Assembly (NCBI RefSeq): GCF_006345805.1
Contig: NC_042998.1
Span: forward strand, 87,606,001 to 87,670,000
Direction: 5' to 3'
Origin: Octopus sinensis
Lineage: Eukaryota
Length of the DNA stretch: 64,000 bases
The notes under the pieces: generated by a model
The model's database searches: none
What the model was told of the DNA's origin: nothing
The model's input: the letters and a program-made list of their open reading frames with translations, nothing else
In this document: one piece after another, positions 39,122-52,524 of the stretch
Numbering within the stretch: position 1 is the stretch's first letter
Layout: the number at the start of each line of letters is the position of its first letter
Made by a program: the position numbers and the translations under genes

Positions 39122-42100
39122 GTATATTACCAGAGCTATGCATAGCGGAAATCGTTCGCTAAAATATTGCAATCAATGAATTCTGAATGAAGTGCTGAAT
39201 TTTTTTTTATGTATTTCCAAACTCAAACATATTTATTGGTTGCATATCTTCTTATTTTTTCTAAACGACATTGTGTGATATTAAATTTTATTTTATTCGT
39301 TTAATAAATTAGAGGACGATGTTATGAACACTTAGCAATGTTGGCTTCGCTGAAGGAAAAACAACAACAACATCCTAAATGATTGCAATAGCAACAATAA
39401 TATGTTCAATGAAATAAAAAAAAAATGCTACGGAAATAACAACAATGGTGCTCCCATTATAAATAGGCAGCGCTAACGATATGGAAGCAACATCAACAAC
39501 AGCAGAATGAAAAATATTCCAAAGTTCCCACGGTGGAAATGTGTAGAAAAGCACTTATAAAAATAAGCACTAAAGAGTTAACACGAATGCGTATAGAAGT
39601 AGTGAGTTGAGCCATTCAGAAATAAATGAGCGTTCATTTGAAGTGTGAAAATATTCGAGTGAATCCAAACCATTCTGCTTCACGCCAGTACTTTTCCAAC
39701 ACAAACATATTGAACACCCACACAGCCTCATCTGTTCTTATACACCGCATTAGTCTACACTGCATTAAAATTACTAGTTATTTCACTAATATTTTCTCGC
39801 AATACTACGTCAAACTGCATTATATTACTTCAGTATTCTAAATTACATTATTACCATTACTCACTATACTTAACTGCCGATGTTCAAACTATATATTGCG
39901 CTATCTCGCGGTTACCATGACTTCAATATTTAATCTACGCTACATAAAAATATGTTTAGTATCACCGTCATCATTTTGACGGTCATCCCCGAAACAGAGT
40001 TGCATTGCATTGTATTAAATCGATTCAAATTGGCTACAGGTGGATGCATAAATCGGGGTAAATCGATAAGTTTGCCGCTCAGTATCTGGTGAGGCAAGTA
40101 AATGTTGACCATAGTTTATCACTGGACTGAAGGACTGCTTCAAAGATGCTCCACTTCTATGTGTAGAAGGGGCATGTTCAGTATATCAGAATGTCAATAT
40201 ACTGCCATGAACCTCTACGTGAAGTCCTTTGGTACAATAACGGATGATTGATTGGCATGCGCCGAGGCTACGATATCTGCAGACCAGTGTTTGCATCTTC
40301 TTTTTTTAGTTGCACGCTTGTGCGCGCGCACACACATTTTACAACTAGCAGACGGAGTGGAAAGATATGCCACACAATGTTTTCGAGATAAGACAACATT
40401 TTTAATTGAAGAAATGTGAGTGATCGTTATTCGCATTGCTACGCACATACTTTGCAAATATAGACAATATTTTCATACAAGCAAATTTATGCATATACCC
40501 ACAACAAAAAATTTGAGGGAATATTGTTGCAGACATTCCTAGGTAGTGAGCAGTTGTGGTCACCCTTCACAGCAATGTCTTTCCAAAGATCTGGTATTTA
40601 AAAGAACCGCAACCTTCTATCAAGCTTAAGCCAAAGTTGAGAATCTTATTCTGGAATGTTCTCAGGCGTTTGCGATCCTCTACCAGTTTAGTTATTCAGT
40701 CTAGAGTCTGCCGACATTACTGGAATTATTTCATTGCAAATATTTTATTGAGATGTGTTTTACTTTATTGCCTTTTCATACTCGATGTAATATCCGCCAC
40801 TATTTTGTATATGGTGATCTTTTGTGAAGTACCGAATAGCTTTTCGTAAAGCAGTTCGAACTGGCTAGCTTGGTGCATATAGAGTAGTCTAACTACGTTA
40901 TTATATCTCCAAATATATCATATCAGAGCTAGTGAAAGTCATCTAGATTTAATGTGATATATTGTTTCAGAAAATACACTGTGTCATCTATGTTGTAGAA
41001 ACTGATATTCCTTTCAGTGTATCGAATTGTGATGGCCTGCTTCTGTATCACGAATGTTGCTGTTACTTTATTGATGTCGGATTTGTTCATCTAAACATAT
41101 ATATGGTTATATAAGCATATATAATTATGTTTATATCAGCATATGTTTATATGAATATAAACTTATTTATATATGTGTTACCCATTTTGCAGAAATATTT
41201 AGCATGCACTAGAAATGTCTTTATGATTGTTCTCCTCGACTGACTTACTGTCAGTTCGTTTTTGCTGATGCTGGAGATTTAAACTTTAGTCCTTCGAAGT
41301 GTAATCCAATTTCCTTTGAGAATTTTGTTGCCGCAGTTATAAACAACTGCAATCATCGTCAACAAGGCTATTAAGTGTTCAAAAGGTTATAGACAGCACA
41401 AATAATTGCTGTCGTATGTTTTTTCTTCTTTCTCATATATTTCTTCCTCTTACTCATTAATCCTATTCCACCTTCTCTGTGAGCGTGCAGTCGTTGGTTG
41501 ATTGGCTTATTGCATCGTATGTAGTGCTTTTTAGTAAATTTCTGGCATTGTTGTTCATTGAATGATACAACCGTTAGAGCGTCGTGAATAGTGCCTTGTG
41601 ATATTTCCTTCGGTTCTGTTCTTTCTGAGTTCAAACCCCACCGAATAAAACTTTTCCTTTGTTGTATTTAAAATGGTGCTGCCCTTCCCACATGACAAGG
41701 TGATATGTTTAACCACTATAAAGTCAGACAGTCAGTCATTGTAGAAGGTCAGCAGTAGTAGAGTCGTTGTACGAGTTCTCACTTGGAGTCAGAGTCAGTT
41801 ACGTGCTATATACGGCTTCGAGTTACCGTCAAGGTAGATGTTTCAAAGTCATTGTCTTGTGGAACTATCAGCGATAGCACTATAGACGATTCAAAGACAA
41901 TAGGACTCGGAATAGTGGCGGCTAGAATAATACAGCACTGACAATAACATACAAGTGAACTTGGATTCATATTCTATCACTTTTTCATCCCTCGGGGGTT
42001 GAAAAGTGAAATACTAGTGAAATTTTGGGGGTTGATATAATCGATTAACCTGAAACTCTCAAAATGGTTGACCTTATGCCTTATTTAGAAACAATTGTTG

Positions 42101-42939
42101 TAGCTGATGTTGCTGTTGTACTTTGGTGTATGTGAACGTCTCTTGTGGCAGCAGTAAGGATATTGATTTATTACCAAGTTTTTACTGGATGCATTTTATA
42201 AAAAAATATGTTGCAGAATGTTTATCTTTTAGATAACATTTTTATTTTAATTTCATGCTTAAAATAACCCTATGAGAGGAGAGGTAAAAATTATGTTAAA
42301 AATGGAATGAAACTGGAGAGATTTCTGCAAGTTAAAACGTAGACGAGCTTTGAATACACGAATGTGGAAAAGAAGAAAAAAAATTGACAAAATTTCAAAA
42401 AAAAGTGTAGGTGTGATAGGGAAAAATGATAATAAATCAAACAAATGCATCCGAAAGCATAAATAATTAAAAATTAATATCTCAAAATTCAAATTCTAAT
42501 GACGTAAACAAAATGAACAACAATAACTCATCTATGATCTCACATATGTTGAATGAAGAAATCAACGAAAAAGAGAGCATGTTTAGCAATTACAGCGTAG
42601 AAGACACATTATAGATATTCGAAACCACACCAAAAAGCTTTATTTAGTCGCATTGTCTTTTTACTGATAATTCCATGCAACTGTTTTGTGGTGAGGCTTA
42701 TTTATATATAATGGCCAGGAGCCTAATCTCTTATCGGTTGCTGTAGAACTGAGTCAATGGACAGGTCACAGGTCACATACTATAATTGCTTTAGTTTCAA
42801 TACAGGGACTCAGATCAAATCACTTTCCAGATGAGTAATTCTTTGCGGCAGCAGATTTAATTTTGTTTAAGAGGCCAGTCCCAGATGTTGTGAGAACTTA
42901 CACATGGCGGGGGCAACGACAACAACTAGAAGAACAACA

Positions 42940-43130
42940 TCCTCCACCTCCTCCTCCTTCTCATTATCATCATCATCATTATCATCATCACTACCACTAC
43001 CACCACCGCCGCCGCCGCCGCCACTGCAACCGCCTCCGCCACCGTCACCGCCGCCGCCACTGCCACCGCCTCCGCCACCGTCACCGCCGCCGCTACCTCT
43101 AACACCACTGTCGCCGCTGTCACGGCCGCC
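42940..43130. repeat. Compound CAT/CAC/CCG trinucleotide low-complexity tract
   Basis: Direct reading of the sequence. Confidence 0.9.
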
Positions 43131-43325
43131 AGAAATTGCAGTGCATTTGTGTTGTGATCCTGAATTGTGTAGGACACGCGCGCGCATGCACACACACATA
43201 CATATAACTTAGATAACTTAGATATGTTTCGACCAAAGATTGGAGAAGACTGCATATAGGTATACAGATATATACATATATGTATGTGTATATATATATA
43301 TATATATAATATATATATATATATG

Positions 43326-43389
<64 letters not shown>

Positions 43390-43492
43390 GTATATGCATA
43401 TATATATGTGTATATATATATATATATGTATATACATATATATATATATATATGTATATACATATATATATATATGCATATATGTATGTATG

Positions 43493-43550
<58 letters not shown>

Positions 43551-44299
43551 ATATTTATATAAATGTACGTATATTTTTTCAGTGTGTACAAATAACAAGG
43601 AAAAAATAAATTGTTACCAGGATAGCAAAACATTACAAAAGTGCCAAGATAGTACAGCCTACTTATAGAGGTAGAAATTCCAGGCTTAAGTGAAATGTTT
43701 TTGTATGACATGGATAAATTAAGAAATGGAGTCAAACGCAGGTGTTATTCAAATCATTTATACTTCCAACATATGTCTCGAAAAAAACCATTATGTGTTT
43801 TGGAATGGTTAATATGTATCTTCCATGCTGTAATTGTTTTAGTTTCAACACAGGGACCTAGATCAAATCACTTTCCAGATGAGTACATCTCCGCGGAAGA
43901 GGAAAAATAGTAAAAAAATATATGAAAAGAAAGAAAATGCACACAGTTTATGTATTTTTATATATTTTATAAGATAAAATATTAATATTGCCTAACGATT
44001 TAGCGTTTTAGTAATCATGACACGGAAATTGGTGAAAATATTGCAATTTCGTAGTATCTTAAGTAGTCTTTTGTCCATGTTGCTTGCATTTATATTACTA
44101 AGTTATAAACTAATAAGTTAATATGAAAAAATATGCATAAACTTTGTTATGCGTTCGTGAATTAGAATATTTACAAAGTCCAAAATTGGTTATATATATA
44201 CGTATATATGTCCTGTACTCATATATGCATATACGTTTATGTATATATATATATGTATGTATGTATGCATATATCTATATATTAATCATACTGTTATTT

Positions 44300-44860
44300 A
44301 ATTGAACACCACGCATCCATTTCCAAGCAAGTTTATCTTAACCTTTTTTATGCTACTCTACTGTGTACTGTTTCCCCTATCCTTCTCTAATTCCCTTTTT
44401 CTCCCCTTCACCGTTTTCTACTTGTCTCTCTCTCTCCCTCTCTTGCTCTTTTTCCCCTCTCTCGTTGCTCACACGTGGCCACCGTCCCGTGACCATCTTT
44501 CTTTTCCTGCACGACCTCCTAAGGACTCCCAGCGTTTATTATTCTGCTCTAACTACCTTCCTTGTTTGTTTTCGTTCAGTTTCCTTATATGTCTCCACTG
44601 TCCTGTTTTTGTTCCCCCAAAATTTTGACCCTCCATAAATCCAAAAGTTCATTTTGGAAGTTATGCGAGCAACTGTCTTCGAAGACTCATTGTTGTTGAA
44701 TGCTTGAAACGAGGAGTGGATAGACAGCCGACAACTGACGAAGGGTCGTTCTTTTGTGTTACTTGTCCTGTTTTCCATTTCTCTCTCTCGTTGTTTGCAT
44801 GTTTAACTTGTTTGTTTTCGTATTTCATGTTGTTTACAGTTGATGACGTCCTGTATCCAT
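44300..44860 (+). mobile_element. Pyrimidine-rich PLE-tail-like repeat
   Basis: Composition resembles the other pLTR tails; possible degenerate hammerhead at 44673-44727. Confidence 0.3.
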
Positions 44861-44866
44861 ATATGC

Positions 44867-44899
<33 letters not shown>

Positions 44900-44965
44900 T
44901 GTATGTATGTATGTATGTATGTATGTATGTATGTATGTATGTATGTATGTGTGTGTGTGTGTTTG

Positions 44966-45320
44966 TGTAAGAGTGGAAGGAATGTCCTGATCAGTGATAG
45001 TTGTTGTAGTTCATAATGTTTGGGAGGGGCGAAGAAATCCAATTCAATCCAGTTCAAACGGTATTCATTAGATAAATCCATGATCAGAGACAATGGTTAA
45101 ATCAAACTATGAAATTAAGCCCGAAAATTATGTATCTATGTATGTGTGTGTATTTATATATACACACACAATTTCATAGTTTGATTTAACCATTGTCTCT
45201 GATCATGGATTTATCTAATGAATACCGTTTGAACTGGATTGAATTGGATTTCTCCGCCCCTTCTAAACATAATGAACCACAACAGCTATCACTGATCAGG
45301 ACATTCCTTCCACTCTTACA
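44966..45320. repeat. Long inverted repeat, 151-bp arms with a 53-bp spacer
   Basis: 44966-45116 is the reverse complement of 45170-45320 with only a few mismatches. Confidence 0.95.
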
Positions 45321-45539
45321 TATATCTAACCTATCTCTCTCCGATGACAGATATAGAGAGAGAGGGGGAGAGGGGGGAGAGAGGGAGAGAGAGGGAGGGA
45401 GAGAGAGTATGTGTGTGTGTATGTGTGTAATTACGTGGGACATGGGTGAAGTGATGCGCTATCGATGTTTGATCATTGGATTTGGCAACCGTGACGAGTT
45501 GCCGTTTGTTCATCTTATTGCCTAATACCTTCGGTTTCG

Positions 45540-46050
45540 AACTGTTGCATATCATTCAGGTAAAATTTTCCTTCTACCTCGCGATCTGCAGTAAGTCTTT
45601 CAAATATGCTTAGCAGGAATTGCGCAGTCAGTGAGTATATGCTTCGATCAGTCTTTGCAATCTTTCTTAAGATCACCACGTTGACAAAAGTCCTCTACTA
45701 GTTCGACACGGTGTACTGTTTTTAGCAGAAGGATTCCTCCACTCGAATTACTTGTCCGGGCCTGCAGAAAATGTGCATCTTAATCCTTGCTTCGTCGCTG
45801 ATGTATTGCATATTTTTGAGAATGTAGTGCGAGTTGTTGCGTTTCTCTAAGTTATTCTTAGGATATGTTGCAGACAGTAAATGTGGAAGTCTTCCGATGT
45901 TTTGATTTGCTTTCTGTAAAATGTCCACAATTCGCATCCACATAATAGGGTCGTAATAAAGGCTGCTTAATATGCATAAAACTTCGTAAAAAAGTGCAAG
46001 TTCCGGTTTCAGTTGCTTCTTCTGCACAGGCATCCAATCGCAGATGTTGC
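45540..46050 (-). mobile_element. RTE-clade LINE C-terminal fragment
   Basis: ITTLLCGCELWTFYRKQIKTSEDFHIYCLQHILR matches the RTE 'LLYGCETWT..R..I..LE.FH..CLR.IL' motif. Confidence 0.7.
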
Positions 46051-46837
46051 ATGTTTAATAGTTATTAACCTCCTTGATTGAGGTGGTTAATAGCAATTAA
46101 CAATTTAATGTTGTGCCACTAACGATGATGCTTGCATTACCAACAAAAGAAAAAGTGTAGCCAAAGACCTGATTTCGATAGAAGTATCGGTGGTTCCTAG
46201 AGGATTATGGAAAAGGAAAATTAAAGAACAGCAACACAGCGCTGGAGCCATTCGCTGAAAGCTGAATTCAGAGACATGATGATGATGATGATGATGAACG
46301 GACAGATACAGCCGTAGTGTATCATACTGCAGCTAAAAGGCCGTTGTGAAGTCTTAAAGTATTCAGAAAACCTACAAAAGTGGGAAAGAATTAGGACTTA
46401 GTTATGATGTCACAAGTATCTTATTTTTCTCATCTATGTCCGGGTATGGTTTGCGTCTGCGCAGAGGTTTGAAAAGTTAGGATATATAGACCGTTAGATC
46501 TACATGTGCTTCTAACAGTCTGTGCGTCTAGGATTACGAAGGCTTCCCACTGAAGAACCTGGCCTGGCAAATATATTCTGTGTGTTTGCTAAAAATAGGT
46601 AGAAACTGTTCGGTCTGGGATATAGTTGAGATGGTAAATGTTTTTAATTTTCTTTCCTTTCATGAATTTATCCCTTTTTGTGGTTCTAGCACTACGCTTC
46701 CTTATTTGGAAGCCTTTTATTATACTTCTATACGAAAAATATATAGTCTAATGACTAATTCGTCTTTTGTGCTAGGCCACTGGTAATAATAATTTATTTT
46801 ATTACCCTATTTGATTATGTTTTTATATATATATATA

Positions 46838-47245
46838 GGCGCAGGAGTGGCTGTGTGGTAAGTAGCTTGTTTACCAGCCACATGGATCCGGGTTCAGTCC
46901 CACTGCGTGGCACCTTGGGCAAGTGTCTTCTACTATAATGTCGGGCCGACCAAAGCCTTGTGAGTGGATTTGGTAGACGGAAACTGAAAGAAGCCCGTCG
47001 TATATATGTATATATATATGCGTGTGTGTGCTTGTGCGTCTGTGTTTGTCCCCCTAGCATTGCTTCACAACCGATGCTGGTGTGTTTATGTCCCCGTTAC
47101 TTAGCGGTTCGGCAAAAGAGACCGATAGAATAAGTACTGGGCTTACAAAAGAATAAGTCCCGGGGTCGAGTTGCTCGATTAAAGGCGGTGCTCCAGCATG
47201 GCCGCAGTCAAATGACTGAAACAAGTAAAAGAGTAAAAGAGAGTA
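46838..47245 (+). mobile_element. Near full-length tRNA-derived CORE-type SINE
   Basis: Box A-like tggctgtgtggtaag, box B-like ggttcagtccc, CORE-like ccttgggcaagtgtcttc, internal microsatellite and (AGTAAAAG)n-type tail. Confidence 0.88.
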
Positions 47246-47766
47246 TATGAATATGTGAGTATTTATTACTATAGACATCACTTGTGTATTTGTATTTATA
47301 TATCATTTTATATATTTGTATAATTGTTGGCACTTGTAAGTATATGTATGTATATATGTATATTTTTTGTATGTGCACTCACATGTATGAAGAACTAAGT
47401 AGGTATGTATTTAAGCCTACCTATGTATGCCTATATATATTTGTGCAGGCAATTATGTGTTATATATGTATGCATATATGTATGTGCATACATATACATA
47501 AGTTTAGATAAACATGTATATGTTTTAGTTCTTATTTCATGTCGATAATTATGTCTATGAGGATATATATGTAGGTGGGTCTGTAGGAATGTATGTGTTT
47601 GTACTTGTATGGATGTATGTATATATGTATATATAAGTGGGTATATATGTATGTGTTTGTGTATGTATATATATATATATATATGTATGTATTGTATATG
47701 TATGTATGTGTGTATATATATGTATATACATGTGTAGGTATTTGTGTATGTGTGCCTGTGTATATA

Positions 47767-48925
47767 TTAAATTGTGGAAAACTTAAATGAAATTTTAAAA
47801 ATATTTCCGTAGTTTTTAAATACAAGGGACATTTTCCTTTTTTCTGTCTGTCTCTCTTTTTTTTACTCTTGTAAAGACTTGGTAGCAGGTAGTAGGTAGT
47901 AGCAGTCCTAAAGGAATATTTGATATGAGTTCTTGGTTTTGATTGTTTAAGCTGCAGTAGTAGCCGAGGAAGTTGTTGACAAAGAAAATGAAGAAGAAGA
48001 GGGAGTAAGAAAAGAAGAGAAAGAACTGTGGTATATGCATCAAACTAATCGAGGAATCGGAGTTCTCTTTCAAGTAGGGCCAACGTTTTACAGTGGAAAG
48101 CAACTTCACATGTACTTCGGAAAACCTAATATATGTATTAACTTGCTCAGTTAATACATATATGTCGAGAGCAATACAAAGGCCAAACCAAAAACAGTCT
48201 ACGTCAAAGAATGCCTCTACATAGATCCCAGATCAAAATTTGCGGATACAGAAAAATAGCATTCAGTGAACACATCGACATTTGGACCACTAACAAACAA
48301 CCCGGCTTCAAAATTTTTTCCCTCTATAAATTCAGGGACGATATAACCTATAATCAGTGCATTAGCAAAGAGTCATATTTTATCACAAAATATAAACCCC
48401 TTTTGAATGCATTCACCGCAAATGACACTACTACAAGGGCCTTAGAATAATACCCATGCAAGTATTTAAAACGATATATTCAGAACAGTCACTAGCCATG
48501 AATTTATTCAAAACAATTCTAATCACTACTATTACAAACACAAAAGGTCACTTTTAGATCACTTGACCATTTAAGAAGATTCCACCAACATCCTACTACT
48601 GCCATACCACTCCCGTATTTTTTTTCTTCTTCTTCTTCTTCTTCTTCTTCTTCTTCTTCTTCTTCTTCTTCTTCTTCTTCTTCTTCTTCTTCTTCTTCTT
48701 CTTCTTCTTCTTCTTCTTCTTCTTCTTCTTCTTCTTCTTCTTCTTCTTCTTCCACGACTACTACTGCTGCTTAAACATTTAAAACAAAGAACTCATATCA
48801 AATATTCTTTTAGGACTTGCTTTCTGAGTAAAAAAGAGAGACAGAAAAAAAGGAAAATGTCCCTTGCATTTGAAAACTATGGAAATATTTAAAAAAACAT
48901 TTCATTCAATTTTTCCACAATTTAA
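47767..48925 (+). mobile_element. 5'-truncated Neptune-like PLE fragment (GIY-YIG part) flanked by ~170-190-bp inverted repeats
   Basis: 48060-48135 is homologous to 32235-32310; KESYFITKYKPLLNA is a GIY-YIG C-terminus; 47767-47965 is approximately the reverse complement of 48755-48925. Confidence 0.75.
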
Positions 48926-49019
48926 TTGTTTCCATACTTTACTCTAAGTTGAAAAAGTTGCAAAGTTTGAAACCGGTACTAAAATGTTCTTTATGATATA
49001 TATATTACTGACATACCGT

Positions 49020-49327
49020 TACGTTAACGAGGATTCCAGTTGATCCGATCAATGGAACAGCTTGCTCGTGAAATTAACGTGTAAGTGGCTAAGTAGTCCA
49101 CAGACATGCGTATTCTTAACGTAGTTCTGAGGCAGATTCAGCGTGATCCAAAATATGACAAGGCTGGACCTTTTGCATTACAGGAACTAGTCATTTGTTC
49201 CAGCTAAATGGACTGGAGCAACGTGAAATAAAGTGTCTTGCTCAAGGACACAACGTGCCGCCGGTTTTCGAACTCACGACCTTAAGATCGTAAGCCGAAT
49301 ATTATAACGACTAAGCCACGCGCCTTC
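49020..49327 (-). mobile_element. tRNA-derived CORE-type SINE (second family)
   Basis: Minus strand: tggcttagtcgtta (box A), gagttcgaaa (box B), gtgtccttgagcaagacactt (CORE-like). Confidence 0.8.
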
Positions 49328-50417
49328 ACACACACACACACACACACATACATATGCACACATGAATGCATACGTATACATGTATGTATGTATGTATGTA
49401 TGTATGTATGTATGTATGTATGTATGTATGTTTGTATAAATGCATGCGTATGCGTTGCTTGTATGTGTGTATATGCATACGGATGTACTTTCATTTCTTG
49501 CCCACTTTTCTATTTTTAATCTTCAACTTCTTCCCCCTCTCATATCACGTAAAAGTTGACTAAACTTTTCTATCTCCTTTCTGTAAGATTTCCTTCTTAA
49601 ATTTAAAACCACTCCTCAATTCCTTTTACATTTTTTTTTCTGACGAACTTATATTCTTTCGTTCTTCAGCCCACTCTAATCAGCTCATTCACTTTCCCTC
49701 TCCTCCCCAACATGTTTATGTGTGCGGCCATATTGTCGTATACATGTTCTTTTCCCGCTCGTCTCCTTGCCTAGGATATCTTTTTTGTTGATCTTTACAT
49801 TGATACTATATTGACCACTTCTTCCACACATTTTACCTTATCTCAGATCGTTAATTCTCCCACTATTCGTACCATCTCCTACTCTATTCACTCTGAATTT
49901 TCTCTTCCTTCTTTTTCAACATTTATTGCTCCTCTAATTTTATTCTACGCAATCAAATCGTAATAATCTAATAAATACTAATCACTAGATCACCAGTAAC
50001 TTAGTGCAAATCAGTTTTATCTCTGTTTCCAAGAAAAGACAAGCGACCGAAACGTTAGTCTTCTCTTCTTTCTGACGATGTAAAATATATTCTTCTACTT
50101 GAACTTTTTCTTTAAAAAATCCATCAAACTTCAGTAATCTTTCTTGCTGTCATTTGCGCTGTTTATTTTCTATAATCTCTGCCATATTTGCTATCATAAT
50201 CAATCTAGCGTACCGTGATTTTATCAGATTCATATCTATGTTTCGTTATGTCGACTTTTCTTTTACTTTTCTTTAATTTTTTGATGTTGGGAGGTTGTTG
50301 TCGAACAGAATACAAATGTGTATACATGCAAGTGTGTATGTATGCTTGTGTATGCGTGTGTGAGTGTACGCGTACAAATATACATGTATGTATGTATGTA
50401 TGTATATATATATGTAT

Positions 50418-50500
<83 letters not shown>

Positions 50501-51569
50501 CGTTGGCTATCAAGTCTGGTCATCAGGTTTTGATGTTTTGATAACATGGATGTTCGTATGAATGTCCCAAAGGATTATTGCTTCTGGAATCGTAACAGTT
50601 GTCAGTTTGGAATAAGTGTATGCAATTTGAGTATTTATTTTTTTCCAATAAATTTTATTTCTTACACGAACTATTTCGGCGTTCTTAATCCATTACTTTA
50701 GGAAAGCCCCTTTGATAATCCTCTAACCTGTATAACTATAATTGCATTTTTACTTGTCTTCATCTAGCCTTACTTTTGATTAGATTTTCTATCTTTGAGC
50801 CACAATAACTAGGTTATTTTTTCCTGTATAATATTGTATTTACTGGTGTCGTAATATTTTCAGACATTTCATACTGTCTATTTAATACTAAACCGGCTGA
50901 CGCTATTTGATAGTATTTTTTTTAGGTATTAGATCAAATAACTTGTGGCAAAACTTCTAGTTTTGCCATAAGTAATCTGAAGCATATAATTTGTGATCTA
51001 TTTTCCCAAAACGAGCTTACCAAATTTTTATTAACATAATTTGTGGTATTTATCATACAGCATCTAGCACTAGAAATCCAACATGATGATTCATCTTTTC
51101 AGTAAGCCGCTTCTAGATTGTAAGACATAGCCTGTAGGATGTCTTACGTTGTAATTAAATCGTAACACTTTGCTGACAGCATCCATTTGTAACACTTGCT
51201 TTAACATTTTTCGTTCTCTCTTTCGGATATTTATCCTCTTATATTATTTTCCATGCTACAGTGGTTCTCAAGGACACCAAATCGATAAATGTATGGGTAA
51301 CAACTTAACACGGAGCATAACTAGCATTAAGTTACCTTGGCTGTTTCACTTCTCATTCTGGTATCTTGTAGATTAAGGAATACTTAATATTGACAAATCA
51401 CAAACTTGTAACATTTTGTTTACTTGCAATACTCATAGAATTATAAGCCGTTATATAGCGTTTAAAGTCACTTATTGTATTCCGTGTCTGCATTGATTTG
51501 TATCATAATTGTCTCTTTATTCAGATAGTTTCGAATATGATTTATTTGTTAGGTCTCAAGGTAAGGGCA

Positions 51570-51915
51570 GGACGAATGGCATCCTTATGCTTTCCTAGCC
51601 AGGAGAGATCTATGTGAGATATGTGTCTTTAATGTCCTTCTTAAGTCTTCTTAAGTCAACACCCTTGGGAAAGATATGAGCAGAACTGGAAATTCATAAA
51701 GTAGACGTTCTGGAGATAGAGGAAGTGATGGTAGGAGTGAAGAAGGGATCGAGAATGCCTGACTTATGGTATAACAAGCCTAGCCAAATCTAAGGATTAG
51801 AGGTCATTGCAGTAGCAGTAGAAAAGGTGAAGCGAGGAGACGATGTGCTAGCGGGAAGTGACTGGAGCATGTCTATAAATGATTTAATACCAAACGGAGT
51901 AAGGTATGATCATGT
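51570..51915 (-). mobile_element. Highly degenerate PLE RT fragment
   Basis: SFIDMLQSL..PRFTFST and ..ISSSAH.. resemble the PLE RT thumb region. Confidence 0.35.
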
Positions 51916-52305
51916 ATGTATGTATGGAAAGCGGCAGCACTGATCCAGTTGTAAGAGTGATACTCCATTATGGGCTTTACTTGAGCTTTGTAGAGAACCA
52001 ATAATTGGTGGGGTGGTGGTGACGTATCTTCTGGTCCTGAAGGGACGGAACAGTCGTTGCAATGTGGTTCTACCTATGAATAAACTGTCAAATTTAAATA
52101 TGCCTCTAAAACACACATGGTTCATATTTTGCATCAAGAGTTATTGATTTAATTTATTAGATTACAATTAGCAATGGGAGCACTGCTTAGTATTTTTGCT
52201 TATTTATCATTTATTAAATTAAATTATGATTTAAAGAGATTTTCTTTTGTCAAAGACGCATTTTTCGCTGCCTCCCACGGAAAAATGTTCAGAAATATTT
52301 TTATG

Positions 52306-52524
52306 CGAGGCGGTGCTGAAAAGTTCCTGGCTTTAGGGTGAAAGAAAATACGGGAGGACCAGTTAATTATGATTTTATTCAACGTATTCCCTTCTCAGAT
52401 TCACACACTTTTTTGCAGCTGTCCTTCAGTTTTTCTATGCCCTGTAAAAGAGCTCGAAAGGTTGGGCCTCCAACCAGGTCTTCCGCAATATCCTTAATGC
52501 CAGGAATTTTTCAGCACTCCCTTG
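52306..52524. mobile_element. mariner MITE (~220 bp)
   Basis: TIRs cgaggcggtgctgaaaagttcctggc and gccaggaatttttcagcactcccttg, with tg/ta flanks. Confidence 0.8.

Noticed and set aside
39900-40900. Possible degenerate MULE transposase or host exons
   Set aside because: Only vague Cys/His spacing, with stops in all frames and an inconsistent domain order.
41690-41960. Possible solo LTR
   Set aside because: Composition is suggestive, but no clear TG..CA termini, target-site duplication or second copy was found.
42863-43735. Pro-, His- or Gly-rich and YI-repeat ORFs
   Set aside because: They are translations of trinucleotide and (TA)n microsatellites; the same applies to the many YIYI, CVCV and poly-N/I/Y ORFs across the window.
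50590-51530. Possible decayed L1-like coding sequence on the minus strand
   Set aside because: No diagnostic motif could be recovered by eye.
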